64,000 bases of DNA, from contig JAUWIB010000105.1 in NCBI GenBank assembly GCA_030605565.1, positions 10,650-74,649 on the forward strand. Reading direction: 5' to 3'. The position numbers were made by a program, and so were the translations under genes. Source of the stretch: a bacterium. GTDB lineage: Bacteria > Zixibacteria > MSB-5A5 > GN15 > FEB-12. The notes beneath the pieces were generated by a model. It saw only the letters and a list, made by a program, of their open reading frames with translations. It made no database searches and had not been told where the DNA came from. Below, piece after piece: positions 1 through 9,507 of the stretch. Numbering within the stretch: the stretch's first letter is position 1; the number at the start of each line of letters is the position of its first letter.

Positions 1-1
1 G

Positions 2-1033
2 TATCTTTCATCGTACACCATACAGCCGGAGTTCCTGAGTTCACCGGGCGACCAGACGATCGGAGTCATCGCACATGAACTCGGACATGTCTTCGGGCTC
101 CCGGATTTATACGACACGGATTATTCGTCCAACGGTGTCGGCAAGTGGGGTTTGATGTCTTTCGGGAGTTGGCTGGGTCCACAGAATCGCGGCGGATCGC
201 CGGCTCATCTCTGCGCCTGGTGCAAAATGGAACTCGGTTGGCTGACACCTGTCGAGGTCACTGAAGATGCCGTTTCGCAGACGATTGAAAACGTCGAGCA
301 GAACAACACGGCGTTCAAGATGTGGACCTCCGGCAGTCCCGGCAATGAATACTTCCTGGTCGTGAACAGACAACGGATCGGGTTTGATTCATACCTGCCG
401 AATACAGGTTTGTTGATTTGGCATATCGATGAAAGCAAGAACAGCAATTCCAGTGAGTGGTATCCCGGTTTGGCGACGTCGTCCCACTACCTGGTAGCCC
501 TGGAGCAAGCCGACGGCTTGTACGAATTGGAACGCAAGAACGATCATGGCGATGCCGGCGATCCATTCCCCGGGACCTTTAGTAAGACCTCGTTCAACAG
601 CACAACCATCCCGAGCACGGACGCCTACTCCGGAACCGAGTCGCCGATCAGTGTGGAGAACATCAGTGTCATCGATGGTGTCGCATATGCTGATCTCATT
701 GCAGGGTACTCGAATGACGATTCCCCTGATGACGGCGATAATGAGCCACTGCCAGTGCGGGCAACCCTGGCCCAAAACTATCCCAATCCGTTCAATCCAA
801 CCACCACCATAAGTTTCTCGACCGCTGTCGCGGCCCATGCGGTAGTAGAAGTTTACAACAGCCTGGGCCAAAGAGTGGCTAAGGTTCTTGATAGCAAAGT
901 GCCGTCCGGTGTGACGTCGGTGGTATTCGACGGTACGACCGACAGCGGTCGACAATTGGCCTCAGGCGTTTATTACTATCGAATCAAGGTTGGTGATTTC
1001 GAGGAATCGAAGAAAATGGTTCTGGTACGCTGA
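2..1033 (+). CDS. M6 family (immune inhibitor A-like) metalloprotease with C-terminal FlgD-Ig/T9SS type A sorting-like domain; 5' end outside the window
   Basis: The frame is open from base 2 and reads [16 protein letters not shown] (HEXXH at 74-88), then WGLMSFGSW and GLLIWHIDE, all typical of M6. The C-terminus reads [17 protein letters not shown]...[10 protein letters not shown]...KKMVLVR. Confidence 0.9.
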   Translation, partial: YLSSYTIQPEFLSSPGDQTIGVIAHELGHVFGLPDLYDTDYSSNGVGKWGLMSFGSWLGPQNRGGSPAHLCAWCKMELGWLTPVEVTEDAVSQTIENVEQNNTAFKMWTSGSPGNEYFLVVNRQRIGFDSYLPNTGLLIWHIDESKNSNSSEWYPGLATSSHYLVALEQADGLYELERKNDHGDAGDPFPGTFSKTSFNSTTIPSTDAYSGTESPISVENISVIDGVAYADLIAGYSNDDSPDDGDNEPLPVRATLAQNYPNPFNPTTTISFSTAVAAHAVVEVYNSLGQRVAKVLDSKVPSGVTSVVFDGTTDSGRQLASGVYYYRIKVGDFEESKKMVLVR

Positions 1034-1082
1034 AAATTAGACAAAACCATACACAGACTTCTCCTCCGCGCATAGCCCAAAA

Positions 1083-1114
1083 GAAAAACCTCGGTCATCT
1101 GACCGAGGTTTTTC
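1083..1114. terminator. Bidirectional intrinsic terminator
   Basis: GAAAAACCTCGGTCA-TC-TGACCGAGGTTTTTC perfect inverted repeat between convergent genes. Confidence 0.85.
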
Positions 1115-1119
1115 GCAGA

Positions 1120-1335
1120 CTAATCAGACAAGCCAAGTTCCGGACGCTTCACTTCAAAGCGATGTCGATCTTCGCGTTGTGCCTTTTTGTACTGAGTGTG
1201 GCAGGTCTTACATCGCTTTGGGTCCTCAGTGTACCCGCGTTCGGCGAAGTATTCCTGCGCAGCAGAAGTAAATACGAATTCCTCGTGGCACTCACAACAG
1301 ATCAGGATTTTGTCATCGAATCCAGTCACAATCAT
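1120..1335 (-). CDS. Small zinc-ribbon protein (CxxC...F.FT..EQ.F...G...PKRCxxC type)
   Basis: DKILICCECHEEFVFTSAAQEYFAERGYTEDPKRCKTC; a GAGGGGGA SD lies upstream; the start is ATG 1335 or GTG 1329. Confidence 0.8.
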   Translation of the reverse strand: MIVTGFDDKILICCECHEEFVFTSAAQEYFAERGYTEDPKRCKTCHTQYKKAQREDRHRFEVKRPELGLSD

Positions 1336-1481
1336 TCCCCCTCTCTTGTCGCGCCGACCAACTTCCATGTTGCTCGTACCACACGACAGTCGAAGTATGT
1401 CATTAGATATTGTACATCTCAACAACGGTCAAGTAAAAAAACAGAAGTTTCTCGGATGAAATCGACTATTGCTGATGCTGA

Positions 1482-3533
1482 TCAGTACGGATTGCAGGGC
1501 GGTGGGTTGCCGCCTTCAAACATGTATTCGACCAATGCGACCAAATCGGAGATGTCGATCCCCCCATCACAGAGGAAATCACCGGCCGCCAACACAGGGA
1601 CCGGCGGGGGACCATCGATGAAAGCGTAGTCTACAAAGTACACAAGATCAGAGATGTCGATGCCGCCACTGAAGTCGAGGTCACCGGTTTGCAGGACAGT
1701 CGTCGAGATGATCGATTGCGTATCCACAACTGATGGATCACCCCATGATTCAACGGAGAAAAACAGGGTGGCGGTATCCCCGAGAGGCGTACCCTGCGGT
1801 GGGTGCACGTCAATAATGAAGACGGTATCCAACCCCGGTCCCATAGCTTTGTCAATCGTGTCAAGGGGGAGCCAGCCTTGTTCATCCCAGACAATAATGC
1901 TGACCACGTCACTCAGCGGCGCCAGGTTCTGCACCCGGTAGTTGTGCCCTCGAACGCCACCCGAATAGATGACACTGTCGGTGGATAACAGTTGCGAGGA
2001 CAATTCGTACGGCGGCTGGACCTCGGCCTGATAGGTGTAGGCCACACTGCTTGAATACTCCAGGATGTTGGAGCCCGCTACAGCTACACGATAGTAACTC
2101 TCAAACTGCGGAATCTCGATGCTACCCTGAAAATTGCCGGAACTGAGCACGATCTGCTCAAACTCATGTTCATTGTCAGCCGTCGATTTGATTATCCAGG
2201 CGGACCACTCACGCGCGTCGGAACCGTTGAAGTTGATAACCAGCGTGCCGGTATCAACCCCCGGAAAGAACTGAATGTAAGTGCATCCGTAACCGGCCGG
2301 ACTACCGGGGGAATCCTGAAACGGCACCGGATAACTTGAATGACTTCTGCCAACTGCCGCCAGCGGGTAGTTGGCGCCTTCCTCATGGTGCGATCCATCA
2401 TCGCGGATTGAGGTGCAGAAGTTCCATACCGTGAATTCGGCAAAGGCTGAGTCCGTTGTCCAACCGTAGCGACCGTACAAGCTATCCGTAAGCGCCTCAA
2501 AGGCTGTCGGTACGTATCTCGCCCCCTCCCAAGCGGCACGCATCAGCGAGGTGTCGAATTTCTGGGCCAGGTACAACTCCCAAATGAAACAGGAATAGTA
2601 ATGGTAGGAGTGTTCCATTAGTGATTTTTGGGGGAAGGGAAAGAACCCGTCGAGGTAATTGTGACAATCATTGGAGGTATCGAATACCATCTCCTCCATA
2701 AAGACGGCGTCGAGTTCCATATACCAGTTGTCTTCTCCTGCGTCATAGGCGTATTGGACGATATGGTGATACTCGTGGGCGATGGTTGCTTTGGCGGCGC
2801 CCCATTGCGAGCCCTCGGGGTCCTGGTTTGGTTCGAAACCGAGAAAATCGTTATTCAGGACAATATAGCCGTAGTAATCGTTCCACGGGGCCGGCCCCAT
2901 CCCCTCAGGCATCGCGTAGCCATAGGCAGACATTTCCTGGAAGTATACATCGAACTTCTCATCGCCGCCCAGAATCCCATCGGAGACCGGCAGCAGATAA
3001 CCCAGTTCGAGGTGCCGTGCACGGGTCGTGTCGCAGTAGGCAGCGCACTTCTCAATGAAATCAGGCAGTCCGTTGGAGTCGGCATCGTCCGGTGGCACAC
3101 CATTGGAGTCCGGTGAAATGTTGTAGTGCAGCTTGATGAAACCACTCGGCGTATCGTAGGTAGAGTCGGTGTCGAATCGTCCCAGCGCTGCCTGAAAGGC
3201 CTGCTGAGTTGAGGCTGACAGGAGTTGCCACTCGGCCATAATGTCTCTCAACACGGGAGTAACGCACCGAGTGGCGCCACCGACCGGCGCCAGGCTGAAC
3301 TGGCGGTAGGATGCGGGCAACTCTCCCGGCGCCTTGATAGCCAGGATGACAAGAAGAACGCGGTCGTCCGGGGTAAGATCACCGCTCCGGTAGTCTTCCT
3401 CGATGGCGGCGATTGGATCAAAGCGCAGCACCGCGTGGTGCTCATCGGCAGCAGCGGTCGACATCATCAGGATGCCGGAGAACAATATGATCCACGCCCA
3501 ACGTTTCATTGCGCTGTAGTTAGCAGTCTCCAT
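1482..3533 (-). CDS. Secreted zinc metalloprotease (MXAN_6640-like) with C-terminal dockerin-like domain
   Basis: Signal peptide (start may be 3509, MKRWAWIILF); TIAHEYHHIVQYAY zincin motif; duplicated GD...GGIDISDLV Ca-binding repeats at the C-terminus. Confidence 0.8.
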   Translation of the reverse strand: METANYSAMKRWAWIILFSGILMMSTAAADEHHAVLRFDPIAAIEEDYRSGDLTPDDRVLLVILAIKAPGELPASYRQFSLAPVGGATRCVTPVLRDIMAEWQLLSASTQQAFQAALGRFDTDSTYDTPSGFIKLHYNISPDSNGVPPDDADSNGLPDFIEKCAAYCDTTRARHLELGYLLPVSDGILGGDEKFDVYFQEMSAYGYAMPEGMGPAPWNDYYGYIVLNNDFLGFEPNQDPEGSQWGAAKATIAHEYHHIVQYAYDAGEDNWYMELDAVFMEEMVFDTSNDCHNYLDGFFPFPQKSLMEHSYHYYSCFIWELYLAQKFDTSLMRAAWEGARYVPTAFEALTDSLYGRYGWTTDSAFAEFTVWNFCTSIRDDGSHHEEGANYPLAAVGRSHSSYPVPFQDSPGSPAGYGCTYIQFFPGVDTGTLVINFNGSDAREWSAWIIKSTADNEHEFEQIVLSSGNFQGSIEIPQFESYYRVAVAGSNILEYSSSVAYTYQAEVQPPYELSSQLLSTDSVIYSGGVRGHNYRVQNLAPLSDVVSIIVWDEQGWLPLDTIDKAMGPGLDTVFIIDVHPPQGTPLGDTATLFFSVESWGDPSVVDTQSIISTTVLQTGDLDFSGGIDISDLVYFVDYAFIDGPPPVPVLAAGDFLCDGGIDISDLVALVEYMFEGGNPPPCNPY

Positions 3534-3740
3534 CTCCTTCTGTTCCTATCGGCCTGCTGCTGCGCATCTGAATCTCCCCGCGCACAGCTATCAATTCAGT
3601 TGCGTCATGAATGCAGACATCAACCTCGAAGTACACACCGATTTCGAGACTCTCCAATGTCAACTGGTCGACACGTCAGTCTCATAACAGCGATGCCGAG
3701 CGGAGTCCTGACCTTCGGTCCTTACGGCACCTCCAACCTC

Positions 3741-3768
3741 AATGTATTGAAATTCAACGACTTGTCAA
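3741..3768 (-). promoter_or_regulatory. Putative sigma70 promoter
   Basis: TTGACA-N16-TACATT on the minus strand, about 200 nt upstream of the protease start. Confidence 0.5.
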
Positions 3769-5433
3769 GGTCAAAACGTCGCGGGCGGCGCTGAAGTACT
3801 GTCCTGATGAGACCGAGAGTTGCCATCCGTTGTGTTCCGAGTAGGCGATGTCACAGCGAAAAAGCGAGTTGCGCGAAGATCGTTCAAAAGACACTCTCAG
3901 ACCGACACCGACACTGGCGTAAAAATCCCGCCAAGTAAGACTCTCCCCCGACTCATAGGTGCGTCCCAGGTCCACGAAAGCGACGCCGCCAAACAGCACA
4001 CTGAGTAGTTCGATATCCGGGAAGAATCGGCCTTCTGCGTTGACAACAGCCCGGCGATCACCGGTACGAAAATAGCGGCTGAAACCTCTCAGACCACCGT
4101 CACCGCCCAGGATAAGATGATCGGTGGGAGCGGCCCGCCAGTCGGCAAGGTAGTCTATTCTCAGGGCCAATGTCAGGTAATCAAGGGTCGGGTTATAGTA
4201 GTGAGCGGTCAAGCGAAACAGTCGACGCTGAGTTGCACCTCGATGAAACCAGATTCGTCCCGAACCAGTCACCGTGAGAAGGCCTCTCTTGAAAGACGAA
4301 CTCTGGGCCAAAAAGAGGCCAAGGGCATGATGGACCACGGAGTCCCGATTCATAGCGTGGGCCAGGTTGACGGATGCTGCCGATCCAAGTGTGAAGTCCT
4401 CGGTATAACCGAATCCATCAATACGCCGAAGTTCTATGAAGTCCAGGCTGGCGACGCCGACGGACAGACGCACCTCGTGATAGAGTGAATCAACGGGGAA
4501 ACTACGGTTAGCCAGTTCGATGTGGTCCGGATCGTCGGAAAGATAAGTGGTGTCATCAGTCGTCTCGCGACGGTACTTGTATTGGAGTTTGATCAGCGTT
4601 TTCTGTCGATAGGCGCCCTGGCGAAAAGCGCCACCCAGGCTGATGTGTTTGCCTGTGTAATCGGATTGAGCCACCAGAAATCCATCCTGATAAACATCGC
4701 GTCGGCCGCCAATGTCTCTGAACGATACTTCAAAACCAACTTTCTGCGAAAGATCATAGAAGGGGCGAGAGACGGCAACCATCGTGAAACGGAGGCGCGG
4801 GTCGTCCGAATAATCAGCTATGAATCTGACCGGCCAGCCGAACAGTCGGTTGTCCGCGAAAGTGATGCGGGCGTGGTCGGCTTCGGATGCTTCCACGAAG
4901 TAAGTGGCGCTGAGCATTTGGTTCAAGCCCAGGAAATTCCGTTCGGTGGCTCCTACCCAGTAGTTGATTTCGTTGGACTCGCGCCGGAAACTGGCGCCCC
5001 CAGAGAGACTCCACTGGTCGATAGTGACCACCCTGACAAGCAAATGACCGTTCGGCAGAGTGTCGGTTTGGATCCAGGCGTCGTAAATCGGCAGACGTCG
5101 CCGCAGGTTGCGCGCTGTCTCATCGGCCAGGTCCTGTGAAAAGGGAGCATCGACTTTCAGAAGCACCTCTCGTGCTACGATCTGTCGACGCGTTTTACGG
5201 TGGAATCGGTTGGCCAGTCGGAAGATGAAGTTATCATACCGGGGATCGGTGGTGTCATAGATGTTGCGATTATCGATCAGGATACTGTCTACGACCGGTC
5301 CGACACTACCAGACGGCGCCTTAGGTTCAGCTATTTGAGCGGTGGCAGGTCGTACCGATACCACGGCCACCGCTGCTGACAAGCCGACCAACAGGGCTGA
5401 CAGCAGGGTTGTCGATCTAATCCGTTGCAACAT
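3754..5433 (-). CDS. Omp85/BamA-TamA family outer-membrane protein (POTRA plus beta-barrel)
   Basis: Signal peptide; POTRA-like REVLLK..ETARNLRR; ERNFLGLNQ barrel start; LGGDGGLRGF motif; FVDLGR and SVGVGLR strands. Confidence 0.8.
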   Translation of the reverse strand: MLQRIRSTTLLSALLVGLSAAVAVVSVRPATAQIAEPKAPSGSVGPVVDSILIDNRNIYDTTDPRYDNFIFRLANRFHRKTRRQIVAREVLLKVDAPFSQDLADETARNLRRRLPIYDAWIQTDTLPNGHLLVRVVTIDQWSLSGGASFRRESNEINYWVGATERNFLGLNQMLSATYFVEASEADHARITFADNRLFGWPVRFIADYSDDPRLRFTMVAVSRPFYDLSQKVGFEVSFRDIGGRRDVYQDGFLVAQSDYTGKHISLGGAFRQGAYRQKTLIKLQYKYRRETTDDTTYLSDDPDHIELANRSFPVDSLYHEVRLSVGVASLDFIELRRIDGFGYTEDFTLGSAASVNLAHAMNRDSVVHHALGLFLAQSSSFKRGLLTVTGSGRIWFHRGATQRRLFRLTAHYYNPTLDYLTLALRIDYLADWRAAPTDHLILGGDGGLRGFSRYFRTGDRRAVVNAEGRFFPDIELLSVLFGGVAFVDLGRTYESGESLTWRDFYASVGVGLRVSFERSSRNSLFRCDIAYSEHNGWQLSVSSGQYFSAARDVLTLTSR

Positions 5434-5508
5434 CCCGTCAATAAACACCGTTGCCGCCTCCAATCAACAAGAGAGTCGACTTGGGTGAAAACAGGCTGGT
5501 CCTGCACC

Positions 5509-5536
5509 TTTAGAGAAAACTGTCCTCGTCCGATAA
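5509..5536 (+). promoter_or_regulatory. Putative sigma28-type promoter of the pilus/T2SS operon
   Basis: TTTAGA...TCCGATAA about 40 nt upstream of the ATPase start; resembles TAAA-N15-GCCGATAA. Confidence 0.4.
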
Positions 5537-5575
5537 TTTAATGAATATAACTTTTTGATAATTTGACAGGTACCG

Positions 5576-7306
5576 GTGAAGAAGAAAATCGGCGATCTCC
5601 TCGTTGAAAGAGGTTTCATTACCCAGCAACAACTGGAAGAAGGTCTCAAAGAGCAGGCCATCTCGGGACGTCGTCTGGGCGAGGTGCTGGTAGAAAAAGA
5701 GTACATCTCCGAAGACCAACTGTTGGAGACGATCTCGGATCGACTCGGCGTACCACGGATTTCGCTTGACCAGATGGTGCTTGATCCCCAGGTCGTGCAA
5801 AAGGTCTCAGTGGAACTGGCGCGACGTTACACTCTGATTCCGATTTTTGAGATCGGCAACACTCTCACTCTCGCCATGGCCGATCCACTTAACATCATCG
5901 CCATCGATGAGATCAAGTACCTCACCGGCGCCAACATTAAACGAGCCGTAGCGTTGTCGTCGGAGATACGAACGGCCATCGACGAACACTATTCAGTCGC
6001 CGATTCGCTGATGCACATTATCGGCGCTTCCACTGAGACCGAGGTCGGCGCTACCGAAGCGACCGATGCCGAGTCCGACGAATCGGAAACACCGGTGGTG
6101 AAATTGGTCAACCTGATTTTGACCAAAGCGGTCAAAGATAGGGCCACCGACATTCACATAGAGCCGGAAGAATCCCGGCTGCGCGTGCGCTACCGTATCG
6201 ACGGAGTGATGCGTGAGGAGGCCATGCCGCCCAAGTCGATGCAATCCGAGTTGATCTCGCGTATAAAAATAGCTTCCAATCTCGATGTCTCCGAGAAGAG
6301 ACTACCGCAGGACGGTCGCTTCATGACCAGCGTCGACGGAAACACCATTGACTTGCGTGTCTCCACGCTGCCGACGATCCACGGTGAGAAGATCGTTATC
6401 AGGCTACTCGATCGACGCAATCTGCTCCACAGTTTTGAACAACTCGGTTTCACGCCCGATGTTGAGCGACAGTGGAAAGATGTGGTGGCTTTACCGGAGG
6501 GTCTGGTCCTGATTACCGGTCCGACCTCCAGCGGGAAAACCTCGACACTCTATGCCACTCTCCAGGAAGTGAACACGGTCGAGAAGAATATCATCACGGT
6601 TGAAGACCCGGTGGAGTATTCGTTGCCGATGATCATTCAAATCCAAATCAACGAAAAAGCCGGTCTCACCTTTCCGTCCACGTTACGCGCCATGTTGCGG
6701 CAGAATCCGGATATCATAATGATCGGTGAGGTTCGCGACGGTGAAACGGCGCGCATGGCGGTGCGCTCCGCCCTCACGGGGCATCTTGTTTTTTCGACTG
6801 TCCATACCAACGATGCACCATCGGCGATCTCCCGACTCGCCGACATGGGCATAGAAAAATACCTGCTGGCGTCAGCGCTCAAAGGTGTGCTGGCTCAGCG
6901 TCTGGTGCGGCTTAACTGCACCGAGTGCGCCGTGGATTATCAGCCGTCAGATACCGTACTGGCTCGCGCTGGTCTGACGGAACTGGCTGAGGCTATCACT
7001 TTCAAACGCGGTGAGGGCTGTCCCCAGTGCAAGAACACCGGCCAGAAAGGTCTTACCGGAATTTATGAGTATGTAGAAATCACGCCGCGTATCTCCGAGA
7101 TGATCATGAACGACGCTTCTCTTAATCAAATCAAAGACGAAGCACGTCGAAACGGTTATGCGCCCCTTTTTGAAACGGGTCTGGAAAAGGTCACGGCCGG
7201 TAAGATCTGTTTGGAAGAATTGATCAAACAAACATCCAACATTGAAGACTGGCACGAGGTGACTGAACCGGGCCGGGTGACAACAGTTCATGCCGATACA
7301 GTATAA
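5576..7306 (+). CDS. GspE/PilB/MshE family assembly ATPase with N-terminal MshEN (c-di-GMP-binding) motif
   Basis: KIGDLLVERGFITQQQLEEGLKEQ..RRLGEVLV; Walker A GPTSSGKTST; TVEDPVE; LRQNPDIIMIGEVRD; LTGHLVFSTVHTND; CxxC...CxxC. Confidence 0.95.
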   Translation: MKKKIGDLLVERGFITQQQLEEGLKEQAISGRRLGEVLVEKEYISEDQLLETISDRLGVPRISLDQMVLDPQVVQKVSVELARRYTLIPIFEIGNTLTLAMADPLNIIAIDEIKYLTGANIKRAVALSSEIRTAIDEHYSVADSLMHIIGASTETEVGATEATDAESDESETPVVKLVNLILTKAVKDRATDIHIEPEESRLRVRYRIDGVMREEAMPPKSMQSELISRIKIASNLDVSEKRLPQDGRFMTSVDGNTIDLRVSTLPTIHGEKIVIRLLDRRNLLHSFEQLGFTPDVERQWKDVVALPEGLVLITGPTSSGKTSTLYATLQEVNTVEKNIITVEDPVEYSLPMIIQIQINEKAGLTFPSTLRAMLRQNPDIIMIGEVRDGETARMAVRSALTGHLVFSTVHTNDAPSAISRLADMGIEKYLLASALKGVLAQRLVRLNCTECAVDYQPSDTVLARAGLTELAEAITFKRGEGCPQCKNTGQKGLTGIYEYVEITPRISEMIMNDASLNQIKDEARRNGYAPLFETGLEKVTAGKICLEELIKQTSNIEDWHEVTEPGRVTTVHADTV

Positions 7307-8504
7307 GTTTCAGGCCATCTCCGATGACGGCCGCACCGAAGACGGTGTCCTCACCGCCGAAAGCACCCAGCAGGTCCTGAACCACCTGGCCGAACAGCAT
7401 TTGATTCCGATTTCAGTTAAGGCGGTCAAGGCTACGGCGCCGTTTTCATTCTGGGGCTTCTTTGGTGGCGTTCAGTATGCAGACCTCATAATGTTCACCA
7501 ACAACCTCTGCACGTTATACAAAGCCGGTATCCCACTACTGAGAGCGTTGTCCATTATCAAGGTCGGGGGCTCCGGAAGTCGGTTCAACTACGCCATCTC
7601 ACAAATCCGGCTCAGCCTGCAATCGGGCCGGCAGCTATCCGTCGCCATGTCCGAGTTCGATGACCTTTTCCCCCGGTTCTACATCGCCAGTGTTGCCGCC
7701 GGCGAGGAATCCGGTAAGCTTGATGAAATCCTCGAAGAGTTAGCCGACATGCTTGAGCGTGAATTAGAATTGACCCGCCAGATTAAATCCGGAATTCGCT
7801 ACCCGACGATGGTGGTGCTGGCCCTGATCGCGGCCTTTATCATCATGATGACTTATGTGGTGCCGAAGTTCGTCGAATTCTTCAGCGCTTTCAACGCCGA
7901 ACTGCCGATCGCCACCCGGATGCTGATCGGCACGAGTAATTTCCTCGCGGAGTACTGGCCGGTCCTGGTGGGCTTGGTTATCGTTGGGGTTTTCACCTTC
8001 CGTATGCTATCCAAGCATGAGAAATCCCGCTTTGCCATCGACGGCGCCTTTTTGAAGCTGCCGATAATCGGTGGTTTGATTATCAAGGGTAACGTAGCTC
8101 GATTCAGTCTGATGTTTCGCATTCTGATTCAGTCCGGCCTGCCAATTGTCAAGTCCCTGGACATTCTGACCGGTTCCGTGAAGAACAGCGTTATCGCTCA
8201 TGAGATCGTTCGACTCAAGGTTCTGTTTACCGAGGGCAAGGACAATCGCCTCACCGGCGAGGAGTTCGTCTGCTTCCCCGATCTGGCTTTGCAGATGATC
8301 TCAATCGGACTGGAGTCAGGCTCGTTGGAACGAATGCTTAACGAGGTCAGCCGCCATTACTCACAGGAGGTCCACTACACGTCGAGCCACTTGACCTCGA
8401 TCCTGGAGCCTATTCTGACGGTCGGCATGGGCGGGTTTGTGCTTATCTTGGCGCTATCAATCTTTCTGCCAATGTGGAATCTTATCAAGGTGTTCAACGG
8501 CTGA
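7290..8504 (+). CDS. GspF/PilC inner-membrane platform protein
   Basis: AGIPLLRAL, AAGEESGKLDEIL, IRYPTMV, LEPILTV..IFLPMW motifs. Confidence 0.93.
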   Translation: MPIQYKFQAISDDGRTEDGVLTAESTQQVLNHLAEQHLIPISVKAVKATAPFSFWGFFGGVQYADLIMFTNNLCTLYKAGIPLLRALSIIKVGGSGSRFNYAISQIRLSLQSGRQLSVAMSEFDDLFPRFYIASVAAGEESGKLDEILEELADMLERELELTRQIKSGIRYPTMVVLALIAAFIIMMTYVVPKFVEFFSAFNAELPIATRMLIGTSNFLAEYWPVLVGLVIVGVFTFRMLSKHEKSRFAIDGAFLKLPIIGGLIIKGNVARFSLMFRILIQSGLPIVKSLDILTGSVKNSVIAHEIVRLKVLFTEGKDNRLTGEEFVCFPDLALQMISIGLESGSLERMLNEVSRHYSQEVHYTSSHLTSILEPILTVGMGGFVLILALSIFLPMWNLIKVFNG

Positions 8505-8511
8505 GCAAGAC

Positions 8512-8539
8512 TAAAGCAATCATTCTGAGAGGTCGATAA
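8512..8539 (+). promoter_or_regulatory. Putative sigma28 promoter of the major pilin
   Basis: TAAA-N16-GTCGATAA in the gap before the pilin, followed by a strong SD (AAGGAGG). Confidence 0.55.
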
Positions 8540-8587
8540 ACCAATTGTAAGTCTCTGTTGCCCTGAAATCTCCCGTAAGGAGGAACT

Positions 8588-9013
8588 ATGCGCACTCGTC
8601 TTAACCAAAGCGGTTTTACGCTGATCGAGTTAGTTATTATCATCATCATTTTGGGAATCCTTGCCGCCGTGGCGATTCCGAAATATCAGGATCTCTCGTC
8701 AGAGGCCAAAGAAGCGGCCAGCCGCAGTGCCCTTGGCGCCATGCGCTCCGGAGTGATTATCTACTACGCCAACCAAGCCGTGCAAACCGGCACTGCCACC
8801 TGGCCAGCACTGGACAGTCTGAGAACGGTGGGCGTTGTGATGGAACAGGCTATCCCCAAGAACCCCTACCAGCTTAATGCCAACGCTTCGGATTCAATCG
8901 TAACCGGCGTCACCAAGGGCACTATTGTAGGCGCCCGTGGTGGTTGGGCCTATAAGGCGAGCTCTGGAGAGATCTGGCTCAACACCAGCGGGTCCGGGGA
9001 AAACGACTGGTAA
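8588..9013 (+). CDS. Type IV prepilin, MshA-like probable major pilin
   Basis: G|FTLIELVIIIIILGILAAVAIPKYQDLSSEAKEA class III signal peptide; strong SD. Confidence 0.9.
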   Translation: MRTRLNQSGFTLIELVIIIIILGILAAVAIPKYQDLSSEAKEAASRSALGAMRSGVIIYYANQAVQTGTATWPALDSLRTVGVVMEQAIPKNPYQLNANASDSIVTGVTKGTIVGARGGWAYKASSGEIWLNTSGSGENDW

Positions 9014-9018
9014 GAGAT

Positions 9019-9501
9019 TTGCCCATCAGTACTGTGCAGCACAATTCAACAAAGTCTTGCCACAGGCTCGATCAGCGAGGTTTTACCCTGATCGAGCTTG
9101 TTATTATCATCGTAGTACTGGGCATTCTGGCCGCGGTGGCTATACCGAAATTCGCCGACATGATGGACAGTTCCAAGACCGCCGCTAGCAGAAAAGAGCT
9201 ACAGTCGCTACGTGAAGCGATTGTCGGTAACCCGCAGGTGGTATCCTCCGGGGTCGTCATAGATCGCGGTTTTCTGGGGGATGTTGGGTTTGTGCCGTCA
9301 CAGTTGTCCGACCTTGTTGTCAAGCCTGGTTCCGTGTCGGTTTATGACAAACTGACCCGTCTCGGGTGGAACGGCCCCTATATCGATGGTGACGGCAACG
9401 ACTACCAGCTTGATGCCTGGGGCGTGGCGTACTCCTATGACCCCGCCGGGCAGCGTATTGTCTCGGTGGGAGGGCCCGACAGCATTCAAATCACTTTCTA
9501 A
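9019..9501 (+). CDS. Type IV prepilin / GspG-like pseudopilin
   Basis: RG|FTLIELVIIIVVLGILAAVAIP; C-terminal GWNGPYID..DAWG..Y.Y as in GspG. Confidence 0.85.
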   Translation: MPISTVQHNSTKSCHRLDQRGFTLIELVIIIVVLGILAAVAIPKFADMMDSSKTAASRKELQSLREAIVGNPQVVSSGVVIDRGFLGDVGFVPSQLSDLVVKPGSVSVYDKLTRLGWNGPYIDGDGNDYQLDAWGVAYSYDPAGQRIVSVGGPDSIQITF

Positions 9502-9507
9502 CCGGGT

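Noticed and set aside
3690..3732. Possible c-di-GMP or c-di-AMP riboswitch, given the nearby MshEN ATPase
   Set aside because: Lacks the GGCAAAC/GAAA-tetraloop receptor pattern and the ydaO consensus; kept only as an unknown structured leader
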